Assembly: GCA_963813065.1 (NCBI GenBank)
Contig: CAWEXP010000006.1
Location: 55,779 to 119,778, forward strand
Direction of reading: 5' to 3'
DNA length: 64,000 nt
From: Candidatus Kaiserbacteria bacterium
GTDB taxonomy: Bacteria; Patescibacteriota; Minisyncoccia; Phycocordibacterales; Phycocordibacteraceae
The first letter of the stretch is position 1, and the number at the start of each line of letters is the position of its first letter. Positions 47,910 to 57,687 of this stretch are shown piece after piece. The notes below the pieces were generated by a model that ran no database searches, had not been told where the DNA came from, and saw only the letters and a program-made list of their open reading frames with translations. The translations under genes were made by a program, and so were the position numbers.

Positions 47910-48945
47910 AAATTCTTTTTTCTCAAGCGACATTGGCATTGATCTCGGAACGGCGAATTCGCTGGTCTATGTGCGCGGGCGCGGAATTATTCTGAACGAA
48001 CCCTCGGTTGTTGCGGTCAATGACAAGACCGGCCAGGTGGTCGCCATCGGTGCCGACGCGCGTCGCATGCTCGGTAAGACGCCGCCCCACATCCGCACGG
48101 TTCGGCCGCTCTCGCACGGCGTCCTCTCTGATTTCGAAGTGACGGAAGAATTGCTCACGCACCTCATCAACAAAGCGCAGAACGGTCGTGCGCGCCTCTT
48201 CGGTCCGCGCGTGGTGGTGGGCGTGCCGACGGGCGTGACGAACGTGCAGAGCCGCGCGGTGCGTGACGTCACCGAGAACGCCGGTGCACGGCAAGTATTC
48301 ATTCTCGAAGAACCGGTCGCGGGTGCTATCGGCGCCAAGCTCCCGACCGGCGAAGCCATCGGTACGATGGTGCTCGACATCGGTGCGGGCACGACCGACA
48401 TCGCCGTCATCTCGCTCTCGGGCACCGTCGCATCGAGGAGTTCGCAGATCGCGGGAGATCGTTTCAATGAAAATATTATCGATTTTGTTCGGAGTGAATT
48501 TAAGCTGGGCATCGGTGAGCGAACCGCCGAGGAAGTGAAGGTCGCCATCGGCGCCGTTCTTCCACTTTCTGAAACGCTTTCGCGGAGCGTGCGCGGTCGC
48601 GACCTCGCGACGGGTCTGCCGCGCGAGATTGTCCTCACCGATGCACACATTCGCGAAGCGCTCGCGCCCTCGCTCGATGGGTTGATGGACGCGATGAAGG
48701 ACGTCATCGAGCGCACGCCGTCAGAACTTTTGTCAGACGTACTCGAACGCGGCGTGACCGTCTTCGGCGGCGGCGCACTGCTCCGTGGCCTGCCGCCGGT
48801 GCTCGCCAAGATGCTCGGTGTGCCGGTCAAGGTCGCGCCGGAGCCTCTGACCGCCGTCGTGCGCGGTACCGGTATGGCGACCGAGGACCCCGAGCTCTAC
48901 GCCGATTTTTTCATCGATGAAGAAGACATTCTTAGCGAAGCGTAA
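47893..48945 (+). CDS. mreB: MreB in the mre operon
   Basis: GIDLGTANS, DIGAGTT, GGGALL. Confidence 0.95.
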   Translation: MPKFSKNSFFSSDIGIDLGTANSLVYVRGRGIILNEPSVVAVNDKTGQVVAIGADARRMLGKTPPHIRTVRPLSHGVLSDFEVTEELLTHLINKAQNGRARLFGPRVVVGVPTGVTNVQSRAVRDVTENAGARQVFILEEPVAGAIGAKLPTGEAIGTMVLDIGAGTTDIAVISLSGTVASRSSQIAGDRFNENIIDFVRSEFKLGIGERTAEEVKVAIGAVLPLSETLSRSVRGRDLATGLPREIVLTDAHIREALAPSLDGLMDAMKDVIERTPSELLSDVLERGVTVFGGGALLRGLPPVLAKMLGVPVKVAPEPLTAVVRGTGMATEDPELYADFFIDEEDILSEA

Positions 48946-49705
48946 CGCCTGGCTCTCGCCCTCGGGTGTCTCGTGGGGCGCGGGAGCGCTCCTCTTTGTG
49001 CTCGCACTACTCCTCGTGCGTATCCTATTTCCGGGATTCGTTCTGGAAATCACTGCGCCCGTATTCGGCGTGGGTGATTGGATAGCGGGCGAAGTACAAA
49101 ATCTCTCCTCCGGGTTCGATTCGAATGCAGGGCTCGCACGCGCGAATGCAGAATTGCTCGCGCAAAATGAGGCGCTCTCGCTCGAGAATCGTACTCTTGT
49201 CGAGCAGGGTGCCGACACTGCCAAACTCATGGCACCCATGAATTCGGCACACGATGTTATCGCAGGCGTCATCCTGCGCCCGCCCGAATCGCCCTATGAC
49301 ACACTCGTGATTGGCGCCGGGAGTGCAGAGGGCATTGCGCAGGGGAGGGAAGTCTTCGGCCCCGGTGGCGTACCGCTCGGCACTATCTCGAGTGTCTCCA
49401 CTGATGATTCGCGTGTCACGCTTTTCTCTGCGACAGGCGTTCAGACTCCGGCATGGGTCGGCAGTACACGGATTCCACTCAATCTCATTGGTAGTGGCGG
49501 CGGCACCTTTGTCGCGACCGTGCCACGCACTGCGCCCATCGCGGTCGGCGATCTCGTACTCGTGGGAGCTCCAGGCGCAATTCCTATCGGTAGCGTCACG
49601 CGCATCGATACCGACTCGAGTTCGCCGACACTGTCGCTCCGTATCGTTCCGGCAATTAATCTCTTCTCGCTCACGTGGATGCGGGTTGGTTCGATAGTTC
49701 CATGA
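48917..49705 (+). CDS. mreC: Rod shape-determining protein MreC
   Basis: TM, coiled coil, beta domain (LVIGAGSAEGI); position after mreB. Confidence 0.85.
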   Translation: MKKTFLAKRNAWLSPSGVSWGAGALLFVLALLLVRILFPGFVLEITAPVFGVGDWIAGEVQNLSSGFDSNAGLARANAELLAQNEALSLENRTLVEQGADTAKLMAPMNSAHDVIAGVILRPPESPYDTLVIGAGSAEGIAQGREVFGPGGVPLGTISSVSTDDSRVTLFSATGVQTPAWVGSTRIPLNLIGSGGGTFVATVPRTAPIAVGDLVLVGAPGAIPIGSVTRIDTDSSSPTLSLRIVPAINLFSLTWMRVGSIVP

Positions 49706-49947
49706 TTCGCCCGGCGCTCATCGTCCTCGCGCTCGTCGCCGTCATCTGTACGCCCTGGCCTTTCGCATTCGTGCTAGCCATTGTTGCGGCATTCGCGTCA
49801 CCTCTGGCACCGCTCGCGGTCGGCATCTTTGCTGATACGCTCTATTATGCACACGGCGTGCCTTGGGCAACCGTGCTCGGCCTCTTCGTGACACTCGCGG
49901 CTTTCGGCGTGCACGCGCTCCTCGAGACGCGTATCATGCGTGCATGA
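49702..49947 (+). CDS. Small membrane protein in MreD position
   Basis: 81 aa hydrophobic, GIFADTLY, coupled to mreC and PBP2. Confidence 0.6.
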   Translation: MIRPALIVLALVAVICTPWPFAFVLAIVAAFASPLAPLAVGIFADTLYYAHGVPWATVLGLFVTLAAFGVHALLETRIMRA

Positions 49948-51614
49948 AGTTTCGTCGCCGTCATACTCCCGATCCCGAGATTGCGCCTGATGAGATTTTT
50001 CTCGACGCAGTCAATTCGCCCGACTTCGATCGCTCCCGTTTCGAAGGACGCATCGAGCGACCACTCGGCTCCTCAACCTTCGCCTTTATCGGCGGTGTAC
50101 TGATATTGTTTTTTCTTATTCTCCTTGCGGGCGCCTACCGACTCCAAGTGACCGATGGCGTGGTCTATGCACTCCAGAGCGCTCACAATTCGCTCGACTC
50201 GACAACCATTTTCGCCGAGCGCGGCGTCATCAGTGATTCGCGCGGCGTGCCGCTGGTGACCAATGCTTCGACGCCCGAAGGTTTCGTCAAGCGCGTCTAC
50301 ACGACCTTGCCCGGCTTCGGCGCCTTGCTCGGCTACGTTTCGTATCCAAAAAAAGATTCAAGTGGAAATTATTACGATACCGATCTAAAAGGACTTGCGG
50401 GCCTCGAGTCTTCTGAAAATGACACGCTCTCCGGTACCGACGGCACCATGCTCGTCGAGAAGAATGTGCTCGGCACGGTCGTCTCTTCGGGCACGGTTAT
50501 TCCGGCGAAGGATGGCACCTCGCTCACCCTCTCGATCGATTCGCGCGCGCAGGTGGCACTCTATGATGCGATTTCCCAGCTCTCCGATCGCGTGCCTTTT
50601 TCCGGTGGCGCGGGTGTCTTGATGGATGTGCACACCGGCGAACTCCGCGCGCTCGTTTCCTATCCCTCGTACGATTCAACGGTGATGTCCTCGGGCGGTC
50701 CAAGCGATGTCATTCTTGGCTACGCGAACGATCCGCGTCGCGTCTATCTCGATCGCGCGGTACAGGGACTCTATACGCCCGGCTCGGTGGTGAAACCGAT
50801 CGAAGCGTCGGGAGCGCTCACCGATGGCACCATCGATCCCAACTACACGATTAACGATACCGGTTCGATTTCAGTCCCGAATCCGTACGACGCATCGCAC
50901 CCCAATATTTTCGTTGACTGGAAGGCGATTGGTACCGAGGATTTGCGGCGCGCCATCGCGTTTTCCTCGGACGTCTATTTCTACATCGTCGGCGGCGGGT
51001 ATGGTTCGCAGAAAGGTCTCGGCATTGATCGTTTGAAATATTGGTATGACACGTTCGGCTTCGAGAGTCCGACCAATATCCAATTGCCTGGCGAACGTAC
51101 CGGCTTCGTGCCGACACCCGCGTGGAAGCTCGCGACCTATGGCCAAGCCTGGAACATTGGCGATACCTACCACACCGCCATCGGTCAGTATGCCGTGCAG
51201 ATTACGCCGCTTGAAGAAGCGCGCGCCATCTCGGCAATCGCAAACGGCGGCACGCTCGTTCAACCAACGCTCCTCGAAGGTAGTGGAATCAAGTCATCGC
51301 CACTCCCTGTTAATCCTGCCGATCTCGAGATTGTGCGCGAGGGCATGCGCGAGGGCGTGCTCGAGGGCACATCGATTGGTCTCTCTGACATGTCGTTCGC
51401 CCAGTTGGCGGGGAAGACGGGCACCGCGCAGACCGGTTCGCACAATCAGTTCTACAATGGTTGGGCCGTCGGCTTCTGGCCCTACACCAATCCGAAATAC
51501 GTGTACGTCGTGGTGATGGAACATGGGCCGTCGGGCAATTCGCTCGGCGGCATCTACGCCGTGCATCAATTTCTTGAAGAGCTCCATTCAGCGGCACCCG
51601 ATTACTTCCAATAA
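49944..51614 (+). CDS. mrdA: Penicillin-binding protein 2
   Basis: GSVVK, SSD, GKTGTAQ. Confidence 0.9.
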   Translation: MKFRRRHTPDPEIAPDEIFLDAVNSPDFDRSRFEGRIERPLGSSTFAFIGGVLILFFLILLAGAYRLQVTDGVVYALQSAHNSLDSTTIFAERGVISDSRGVPLVTNASTPEGFVKRVYTTLPGFGALLGYVSYPKKDSSGNYYDTDLKGLAGLESSENDTLSGTDGTMLVEKNVLGTVVSSGTVIPAKDGTSLTLSIDSRAQVALYDAISQLSDRVPFSGGAGVLMDVHTGELRALVSYPSYDSTVMSSGGPSDVILGYANDPRRVYLDRAVQGLYTPGSVVKPIEASGALTDGTIDPNYTINDTGSISVPNPYDASHPNIFVDWKAIGTEDLRRAIAFSSDVYFYIVGGGYGSQKGLGIDRLKYWYDTFGFESPTNIQLPGERTGFVPTPAWKLATYGQAWNIGDTYHTAIGQYAVQITPLEEARAISAIANGGTLVQPTLLEGSGIKSSPLPVNPADLEIVREGMREGVLEGTSIGLSDMSFAQLAGKTGTAQTGSHNQFYNGWAVGFWPYTNPKYVYVVVMEHGPSGNSLGGIYAVHQFLEELHSAAPDYFQ

Positions 51615-51671
51615 AAGCGAGTAGTGTATAACCCGCACGCACATCCCATAGGCTTTGCTATAGTAGTACGT

Positions 51672-53342
51672 ATGCGTATCCGTGCGTTGTCCGCGACCTC
51701 GTTCGCCCTTGGCGTTCTCCTTTTCCTTCCACTCGCGGCTCACGCGTATGTAACGCCGGGTACAACACTCGACCCGGGTTGTGCGCCAAGCGACCCTGCC
51801 TGCGCCGTCGCGACGAGCACCATCGCCGCTGGTACCGCGGGACAGGTCGCCTACTACTCGGTCAACGGACAGGCACTCTCGGGCATCGCTCTCTCATCAT
51901 TAAATGTTTCTAGTTTCAATAATGATGCCGGCTATGTGAATGCCGCTGGCGCCCGCTCAGCGCTGAGTGGGCAAAACATTTCGATGTTCAACAACGACGC
52001 CAACTACATCACCGCCAGTGTTAGCTCGCTCACGAGTCTTGGTACTATCTCGAGTTCACTCTCGGGCGTCTTGAGTGCAACGGCCGGCGCGCTCTCGGCG
52101 GGGCTCGTCAACCTCGCGTCGCAAGTGAGCGGCATCCTGCCAGTCGGCAATGGTGGCACCGGCGTTTCCGCCATCGCCGCTGGCGCGATTCCTTTTGGCA
52201 ACGGTTCGGGCGCGATTGCGACCAGCACCGCACTTTTCTTCGACAGTACCAACGGGCGTCTCGGTATCGGCACGACTTCACCGACGGCACCCCTCGAGAT
52301 TTATGGTTCCAACTCATCGACCAATTTGGCCACAGGCGGCGGCGTCTTCGCAGCTCTCACCAACGCCGACCAGACCGATGGAAATTTTGATTCGATTTCC
52401 TATCGCGAGATAAATAGTGCGGGTGCCGAGGTGACCGGCACCCGCATTTCTGGCGTGTTCAATTCTCACACCGCCGGAACCGAGTCCGCAGATCTCGCCC
52501 TGCTCACGCGCAACAACGGCTCTCTGAGCGAGAAGGTGCGCATCACGGGCGCGGGCACGGTCGGCGTCGGCAGTTCGACCCCTTTCGCCAAGCTCTCGGT
52601 GCAGGCGAATAGCACCGACACCAATGCCTATCTTTTTGCCATCGGCTCTTCGACCGCCAGTGCGACCACCACACTTTTCGCTGTTTCCAATAGCGGTGTC
52701 GCCACCTTCAGCGGTCCGGGTGGCACGTGTGTTATCGATGGTTCGGGCAATTGCACCTCTGACCAGAGGTTGAAGACCAATATCGCGCCGATCAGCGGCA
52801 CCGACGCACTCGCGAAACTCTCTTTGATACAGGGCGTCACCTACAACTGGCTCGACCCCTCACTGACCCAGAGTCAGCAAGTCGGTGTCATCGCACAGAA
52901 TGTATTGAAAGCGTTTCCACAGCTCGTGGGCACGGTGCAGACCTCGCTCGATGGGGTCGCCGGTACCTACTACACGGTCAATTACGCGGGCCTCGTCGCG
53001 CCGCTTATCTCGGCGGTAAATAGTTTTGCACAATCGATTACAACCGCGGTATTGAACGCCACCACCATCCACACCGATACGCTCTGCGTCGGCACCACGT
53101 GTGTCAATCAATCCCAGCTCCAGCAACTTTTGCAAGCCAACGGTGTGTCGGCGATACAGCAGGATGTGATTGCACCATCCGTGGATAGTGGGGCGGGGGA
53201 TTCGGTCGCGACCAGCACCGACAACTCAGACTCGTCGCAATCCGCCGCAACCACAACGCCGACCGACGACTCTACTGTCTCTGCCACAGATTCGAGTACT
53301 GCATCGCAAACTGACGACAGCGCGACCACCACCCCCGAATAG
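51672..53342 (+). CDS. Secreted fibre-like protein with peptidase S74 intramolecular chaperone domain
   Basis: Signal peptide, LPVGNGGTG, RLGIGTTSP repeats, SDQRLKTNI..GVIAQ..FPQLV..VNY. Confidence 0.8.
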   Translation: MRIRALSATSFALGVLLFLPLAAHAYVTPGTTLDPGCAPSDPACAVATSTIAAGTAGQVAYYSVNGQALSGIALSSLNVSSFNNDAGYVNAAGARSALSGQNISMFNNDANYITASVSSLTSLGTISSSLSGVLSATAGALSAGLVNLASQVSGILPVGNGGTGVSAIAAGAIPFGNGSGAIATSTALFFDSTNGRLGIGTTSPTAPLEIYGSNSSTNLATGGGVFAALTNADQTDGNFDSISYREINSAGAEVTGTRISGVFNSHTAGTESADLALLTRNNGSLSEKVRITGAGTVGVGSSTPFAKLSVQANSTDTNAYLFAIGSSTASATTTLFAVSNSGVATFSGPGGTCVIDGSGNCTSDQRLKTNIAPISGTDALAKLSLIQGVTYNWLDPSLTQSQQVGVIAQNVLKAFPQLVGTVQTSLDGVAGTYYTVNYAGLVAPLISAVNSFAQSITTAVLNATTIHTDTLCVGTTCVNQSQLQQLLQANGVSAIQQDVIAPSVDSGAGDSVATSTDNSDSSQSAATTTPTDDSTVSATDSSTASQTDDSATTTPE

Positions 53343-53343
53343 T

Positions 53344-53736
53344 ATGAGCGTTGTATTTTCATTCACCCGCCGATTCTTCTGGCCGATTCTGATTTTCGTC
53401 GTGCTGATTTTGTTATGCATCGCCTACGGGGCTGGGCGTGCGAGCGTGTATCAGGCGAACCCAGGTCTCGCGCAGGCTGAACAGGCGAACTCAATCCTCG
53501 CGCACGTCGGCAAGTTTATGCAATTGCCCTCTGAGACGCCAACAATGGCGACCATTAAGGACGCCGCGAGTGCGAAGGCGGCGCAACCATTCCTCGTGAA
53601 TGCCGAAAATGGCGACGTGCTCATTGTGTTCCAGCAGGCGGCCGAAGCCATTCTTTATCGCCCCTCAACTGATAAAATAATCTCGGTCGGCCCCGTGAGC
53701 CCCATCAATGTCCAAAATGCAGGAACAAATAAATAG
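53344..53736 (+). CDS. Membrane-anchored hypothetical protein
   Basis: TM, LPSETPTMATI, AENGD, AILYRPS. Confidence 0.7.
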   Translation: MSVVFSFTRRFFWPILIFVVLILLCIAYGAGRASVYQANPGLAQAEQANSILAHVGKFMQLPSETPTMATIKDAASAKAAQPFLVNAENGDVLIVFQQAAEAILYRPSTDKIISVGPVSPINVQNAGTNK

Positions 53737-54655
53737 CAGTCGCCCACCTAGGCCAAGTCTTACTAACTTTTTCTGGCCCGTCGCTCTGGGACTTTTCGTT
53801 CTCGCACCACTTGTGGCGTATGCAGGCACTATCTCGAGCTCGCACCAGTACGCATGGAGCAACGACGCGGGCTGGGTCAACTTCGCGCCGTCACAGTCGA
53901 CGGTGACCGTTTCCGACTCTGGATTGAGCGGCTACGCATGGAGCCAGAATGATGGCTGGATCAACCTCTCGCCCTCGCAGAGTGGCGTGACGAATAGTAA
54001 TGGCACACTTGGTGGCTTCGCGTGGGATCCGCTCGCAGGCTGGGTCAATTTCTCGGGCGTGACGATAGACTCAAGCGGCAAGTTCCATGGCGAGGCAAAC
54101 GGTAGTAACAGTTACGCAATCAACTTCGACTGTGCGAATTGCGATGTCGAGACTGATTGGCGCTTGACCACCACAAACACCAATACCAACACGACCTCCT
54201 CGTCTCCCGGTTCGATTTCGCCCATCTTCATCTCTGCACCGCTCGCGGCGGTCACGCAGGCCGTGAGTTGGGTGAGTTCACTTTTCAATACTCTGCCCAT
54301 TGGCGATTTGCCGCCAGGTGACCAGCCGCCCGTGACCCATACCAAAACTCCTGCGGCTGTTGTGCTCGCGCAACCCACTCCTCCAACACCAACGCCCGTT
54401 GTAACGCCGGCTCCGCCAGTCACTCCGCCGAGCGCCAATGTCGCCACGACTTCGGTGCCAACTATTTTCCAGCCCATCGCCACCTCAACCTCTGCGACGA
54501 CCACGCCGGAAGTCACGGTCGCAACCGCAACACCGGTCGCCCTCGTTCCGTCGGCGCCAACAACCTCTTTCTTTTCAATACTTGCGCCCTACGCAATCCC
54601 GATCGGCGCTGGCGCTGGTGCGCTGATTCTGCTCGGCATCGCGCTCCTTCTCTAG
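53708..54655 (+). CDS. Surface protein with AWS.N.GWIN repeats, Pro/Thr stalk and C-terminal anchor
   Basis: Three YAWSNDAGWVNF-type repeats, C-terminal TM. Confidence 0.75.
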   Translation: MSKMQEQINSSRPPRPSLTNFFWPVALGLFVLAPLVAYAGTISSSHQYAWSNDAGWVNFAPSQSTVTVSDSGLSGYAWSQNDGWINLSPSQSGVTNSNGTLGGFAWDPLAGWVNFSGVTIDSSGKFHGEANGSNSYAINFDCANCDVETDWRLTTTNTNTNTTSSSPGSISPIFISAPLAAVTQAVSWVSSLFNTLPIGDLPPGDQPPVTHTKTPAAVVLAQPTPPTPTPVVTPAPPVTPPSANVATTSVPTIFQPIATSTSATTTPEVTVATATPVALVPSAPTTSFFSILAPYAIPIGAGAGALILLGIALLL

Positions 54656-54712
54656 ACTCTCCCCAGTTGCGCTCCTGGCGTACTCGCGTACAATTGCGAG
54701 ACTCACATCTAT

Positions 54713-55189
54713 ATGGCTGATAACGAAAAAGAGACATTATTGTCCCAAGAAAAATTCGATGAGGTCGTGAAAGAACTTCACGAGCTGAAGACCGTGCGTC
54801 GCACCGAGATCGCCAAGAATCTCGAGTACGCGCGTTCGCTCGGCGACCTCTCAGAGAATGCCGAATATCAGGAAGCGCGCGACCTCCAGGCGGCCACCGA
54901 GGAGCGCATCCGCAAACTCGAAGACCTCGTCCGCCACGCCAAGATTCTCACCGACGGCAAGAAGAAAGATATCGTCGGATTCAATTCGAAAGTGTCAATC
55001 AAACGCGCTGGGGCAGAGGAGGCGCACGAATACACCATCGTCGGGAGCGAGGAAGCCGACATGCGCGTGAAGAAGCTCTCGCACGTTTCTCCGCTCGGCG
55101 CGGCCCTCATGGGCAAGAAGAAGGGCGATACCTTCACCTTCGAGACGCCCTCGGGCAAGCAGACCTACACCATCGAGAAAGTTGCCTAA
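54713..55189 (+). CDS. greA: Transcription elongation factor GreA
   Basis: GDLSENAEY, SPLGAALMGK. Confidence 0.97.
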   Translation: MADNEKETLLSQEKFDEVVKELHELKTVRRTEIAKNLEYARSLGDLSENAEYQEARDLQAATEERIRKLEDLVRHAKILTDGKKKDIVGFNSKVSIKRAGAEEAHEYTIVGSEEADMRVKKLSHVSPLGAALMGKKKGDTFTFETPSGKQTYTIEKVA

Positions 55190-55197
55190 GAGCGTGC

Positions 55198-55224
55198 CCC
55201 AGCACTAACCTGGTTAGTGCTGGG
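55198..55224. repeat. 27-nt perfect intergenic palindrome
   Basis: cccagcactaacc-t-ggttagtgctggg. Confidence 0.75.
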
Positions 55225-55241
55225 CGTGATAGGATGTGCGC

Positions 55242-56699
55242 ATGGCTCTCGAAACGTTACGGGCAGAGCGGCTCGCCAAGATTGAGAAACTGCAATTGGC
55301 TGGCATGGAGGCGTATCCCGCCTCGACGCGTCGTACCCACACGGTCGAAGAATTTCTGACCAATCACGACCGCCTCATGCAGGCGGGTGAGGTCGCGGTG
55401 CTCGCGGGCCGCGTGATGAGTATCCGCGAACACGGCGGCTCGCTCTTCGTCGACCTCTTCGATGGCTCCGGCAAGGCGCAGTGCTATTTGAAAAAGGATG
55501 CGCTCGGTGATGCCGTCTATGAACTCTTCGCGAGCACCGTCGACGTAAGCGATATTATCGAGGTCGCGGGGCAGGCCTTCGTCACCAAGCGGGGCATGCC
55601 CTCGCTTGAAGCCGAGTCCTGGCGCATGCTCGCCAAGAGTTTGCGTCAGGTACCGGACGAATGGTTCGGGATTAAAGATGAGGACGAGCGTTATCGCAAG
55701 CGCTATTTGGATATTTTATTGTCGAAGGAACTGGCCGGTCGCTTCGTGCGGCGTTCGCAATTCTGGAATACGATGCGCGATTTCCTCCGCGCGCGCGGAT
55801 TCATCGAGGTCGAGACGCCCGTGCTCGAGACCACCACCGGCGGCGCCGACGCGCGCCCCTTCGCGACGCACCACAACGCGCTCGATATCGACGTCTATCT
55901 CCGCATCTCGGCGGGCGAGCTCTGGCAGAAGCGCCTCATGGTCGCCGGATTGCCGAAAGTTTTTGAAATTGGTCGCATCTTCCGTAATGAGGGCATTAGC
56001 GCCGAGCACGCGCAGGACTATACGCAGATGGAGTTCTACGAGGCCTTCGCCGACTACGAGCACGGAATGGAGATGATCACCGAGCTGTATCGCGCAATCG
56101 CCGACACCGTGTACGACACACGCGTTTTCAAAATAAAAGAATTCGATGTCGACCTGGGCAAAGAGTGGGAGCGCATCGATTATTGCGAGGCGCTGAAAAA
56201 AGAATTTGGCATCGATCCACTCGAGACCTCCATTGCCGACGTCTGTCTGACGCTCGACCAGCACAAGATCAAGTATGATCGCGACGGCTTCAACATCGAG
56301 CGCGGCGTCGACCTGCTCTGGAAGCATATCCGCAAAAATATTGGCGGCCCGGCCTTCCTCACTGGCGTACCGGTCTATCTCGAGCCCTTGGCCAAGCGGA
56401 GTCGGAAGGATCCGCGCGTCGTCGAACGCTTCCAGATCATCCTGGGCGGCTCGGAGAATGGCAAGGGCTTCAGCGAGCTCAACGACCCCGTGGATCAGGC
56501 CGAGCGTTTCCGTGAGCAACAGGCACTGCGCGAGGCGGGCGACGAGGAGGCGCAGATGACAGATGAGAGCTATGTCGAGGCGCTCGAATACGGCATGCCG
56601 CCGACCTTCGGCTTCGGCGTCTCCGAACGCCTTTTCGCCTTTTTCGAAAACGTTTCCCTGCGCGAAGCGCAAATCTTCCCCCTGATGCGTCCGAAGTAG
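55242..56699 (+). CDS. lysS: Lysine-tRNA ligase class II
   Basis: RYRKRYLD, EVETP, FRNEG, YGMPP. Confidence 0.97.
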   Translation: MALETLRAERLAKIEKLQLAGMEAYPASTRRTHTVEEFLTNHDRLMQAGEVAVLAGRVMSIREHGGSLFVDLFDGSGKAQCYLKKDALGDAVYELFASTVDVSDIIEVAGQAFVTKRGMPSLEAESWRMLAKSLRQVPDEWFGIKDEDERYRKRYLDILLSKELAGRFVRRSQFWNTMRDFLRARGFIEVETPVLETTTGGADARPFATHHNALDIDVYLRISAGELWQKRLMVAGLPKVFEIGRIFRNEGISAEHAQDYTQMEFYEAFADYEHGMEMITELYRAIADTVYDTRVFKIKEFDVDLGKEWERIDYCEALKKEFGIDPLETSIADVCLTLDQHKIKYDRDGFNIERGVDLLWKHIRKNIGGPAFLTGVPVYLEPLAKRSRKDPRVVERFQIILGGSENGKGFSELNDPVDQAERFREQQALREAGDEEAQMTDESYVEALEYGMPPTFGFGVSERLFAFFENVSLREAQIFPLMRPK

Positions 56700-56727
56700 T
56701 TGACAGAGTTATTACAAACGTTATACT
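56700..56727 (+). promoter_or_regulatory. Sigma70-type promoter
   Basis: TTGACA-16 nt-TATACT. Confidence 0.6.
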
Positions 56728-56755
56728 TTACTTAGCGCCACAGAGGAGAGTTGCT

Positions 56756-56929
56756 ATGTTATTGAACAACGAATTGGGTGATCGACGGTTGCAATTGCCA
56801 GACGAAAATATGTTTCGGTATCTGGCGCCAACTATCGCGGAAATGCCAACCGACGACTCGGTCACTCCAGTTATCTTCCGGACCGCTTTCGAAATCGAGA
56901 CGGAACGGAGAGCCAGCAAACAATCCTAA
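56756..56929 (+). CDS. 57-aa hypothetical protein
   Basis: Own promoter, GAGGAG RBS and terminator; MLLNNELGDRRLQLPDENMFRYLAP... Confidence 0.55.
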   Translation: MLLNNELGDRRLQLPDENMFRYLAPTIAEMPTDDSVTPVIFRTAFEIETERRASKQS

Positions 56930-56935
56930 ATTTCA

Positions 56936-56961
56936 AGGCCGGGAGCAATCCCGGCCTTTTT
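56936..56961 (+). terminator. Intrinsic terminator
   Basis: aggccggga-gcaa-tcccggcct followed by T run. Confidence 0.75.
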
Positions 56962-56974
56962 ATATAAAACAGTT

Positions 56975-56993
56975 ATCGAGGTTTAACCTCGAT
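56975..56993. repeat. REP-like palindrome at the 3' end of the RAYT gene
   Basis: atcgaggtttaacctcgat; contains the RAYT stop codon. Confidence 0.88.
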
Positions 56994-57657
56994 ATTCTTG
57001 ATAGTATTCATGCGCGTCAGTAATCATTTCCTCAAGAGAGGGGAGTTCCTCGTAGAGTTCAAAAACCGTCATGCCAAGGAGATGTTTTTCTAGTCGTTGC
57101 AACTTCAGAAAGTCTGGAAGACTCGAGTATCGGTACCGGATGAGTTCGTTTTTAATCTGCGATACGTTTCCGTCGCCATTTTTCCATGCAGAATCAAAGA
57201 GTTTTGCAGGATTCAGATGGACATAGGCAACCAACCGCTTAAGATACAGATCATCGTCGACAATCTTCGATTTAAACGTTCCCGCAAACAATGCGCCCGT
57301 TCGTTCATATTTAGTATTAAAGTACATCGTGTAGCCCGTACAAAGTTTTTGCATGAAGCGCGCAATGCCTCCCTTGTCTATCTCTTTAAGTACCAGATGA
57401 AAGTGGTTTGGCATCAAACAATATGCACCGATTTCTACAATGGCGTTTCCACGGTCAAAACTCGAATCAAGAATTACATCCGCCAATCTTTTGTTTTTAA
57501 GATTAGAGGTCTGTACTGGTTTTTCGCCACCGCTCGTAAAGAGGGCGAGCAGAAAACGTTCATAATCTGCAGAATCTTGATACACCAGCCGTTTATCTAC
57601 CCCACGGTTGTAGCAGTGATACCACTCATCAATTCCAAATGCCGGTCGCGTAGGCAT
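56983..57657 (-). CDS. REP-associated tyrosine (Y1/HUH) transposase, RAYT
   Basis: YHCYNRG, CLMPNHFHL (HUH), GALFAGTFKS, YVHLNP, YRYSS; flanked by palindromes. Confidence 0.9.
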   Translation of the reverse strand: MPTRPAFGIDEWYHCYNRGVDKRLVYQDSADYERFLLALFTSGGEKPVQTSNLKNKRLADVILDSSFDRGNAIVEIGAYCLMPNHFHLVLKEIDKGGIARFMQKLCTGYTMYFNTKYERTGALFAGTFKSKIVDDDLYLKRLVAYVHLNPAKLFDSAWKNGDGNVSQIKNELIRYRYSSLPDFLKLQRLEKHLLGMTVFELYEELPSLEEMITDAHEYYQEYRG

Positions 57658-57668
57658 GACCGCATCTT

Positions 57669-57687
57669 ATCGAGGTTAAACCTCGAT
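57669..57687. repeat. REP-like palindrome at the 5' side of the RAYT gene
   Basis: atcgaggttaaacctcgat, inverted copy of the 3' palindrome. Confidence 0.88.

Noticed and set aside
39726-48945. Two mreB genes as a novelty
   Set aside because: MreB paralogs are common.
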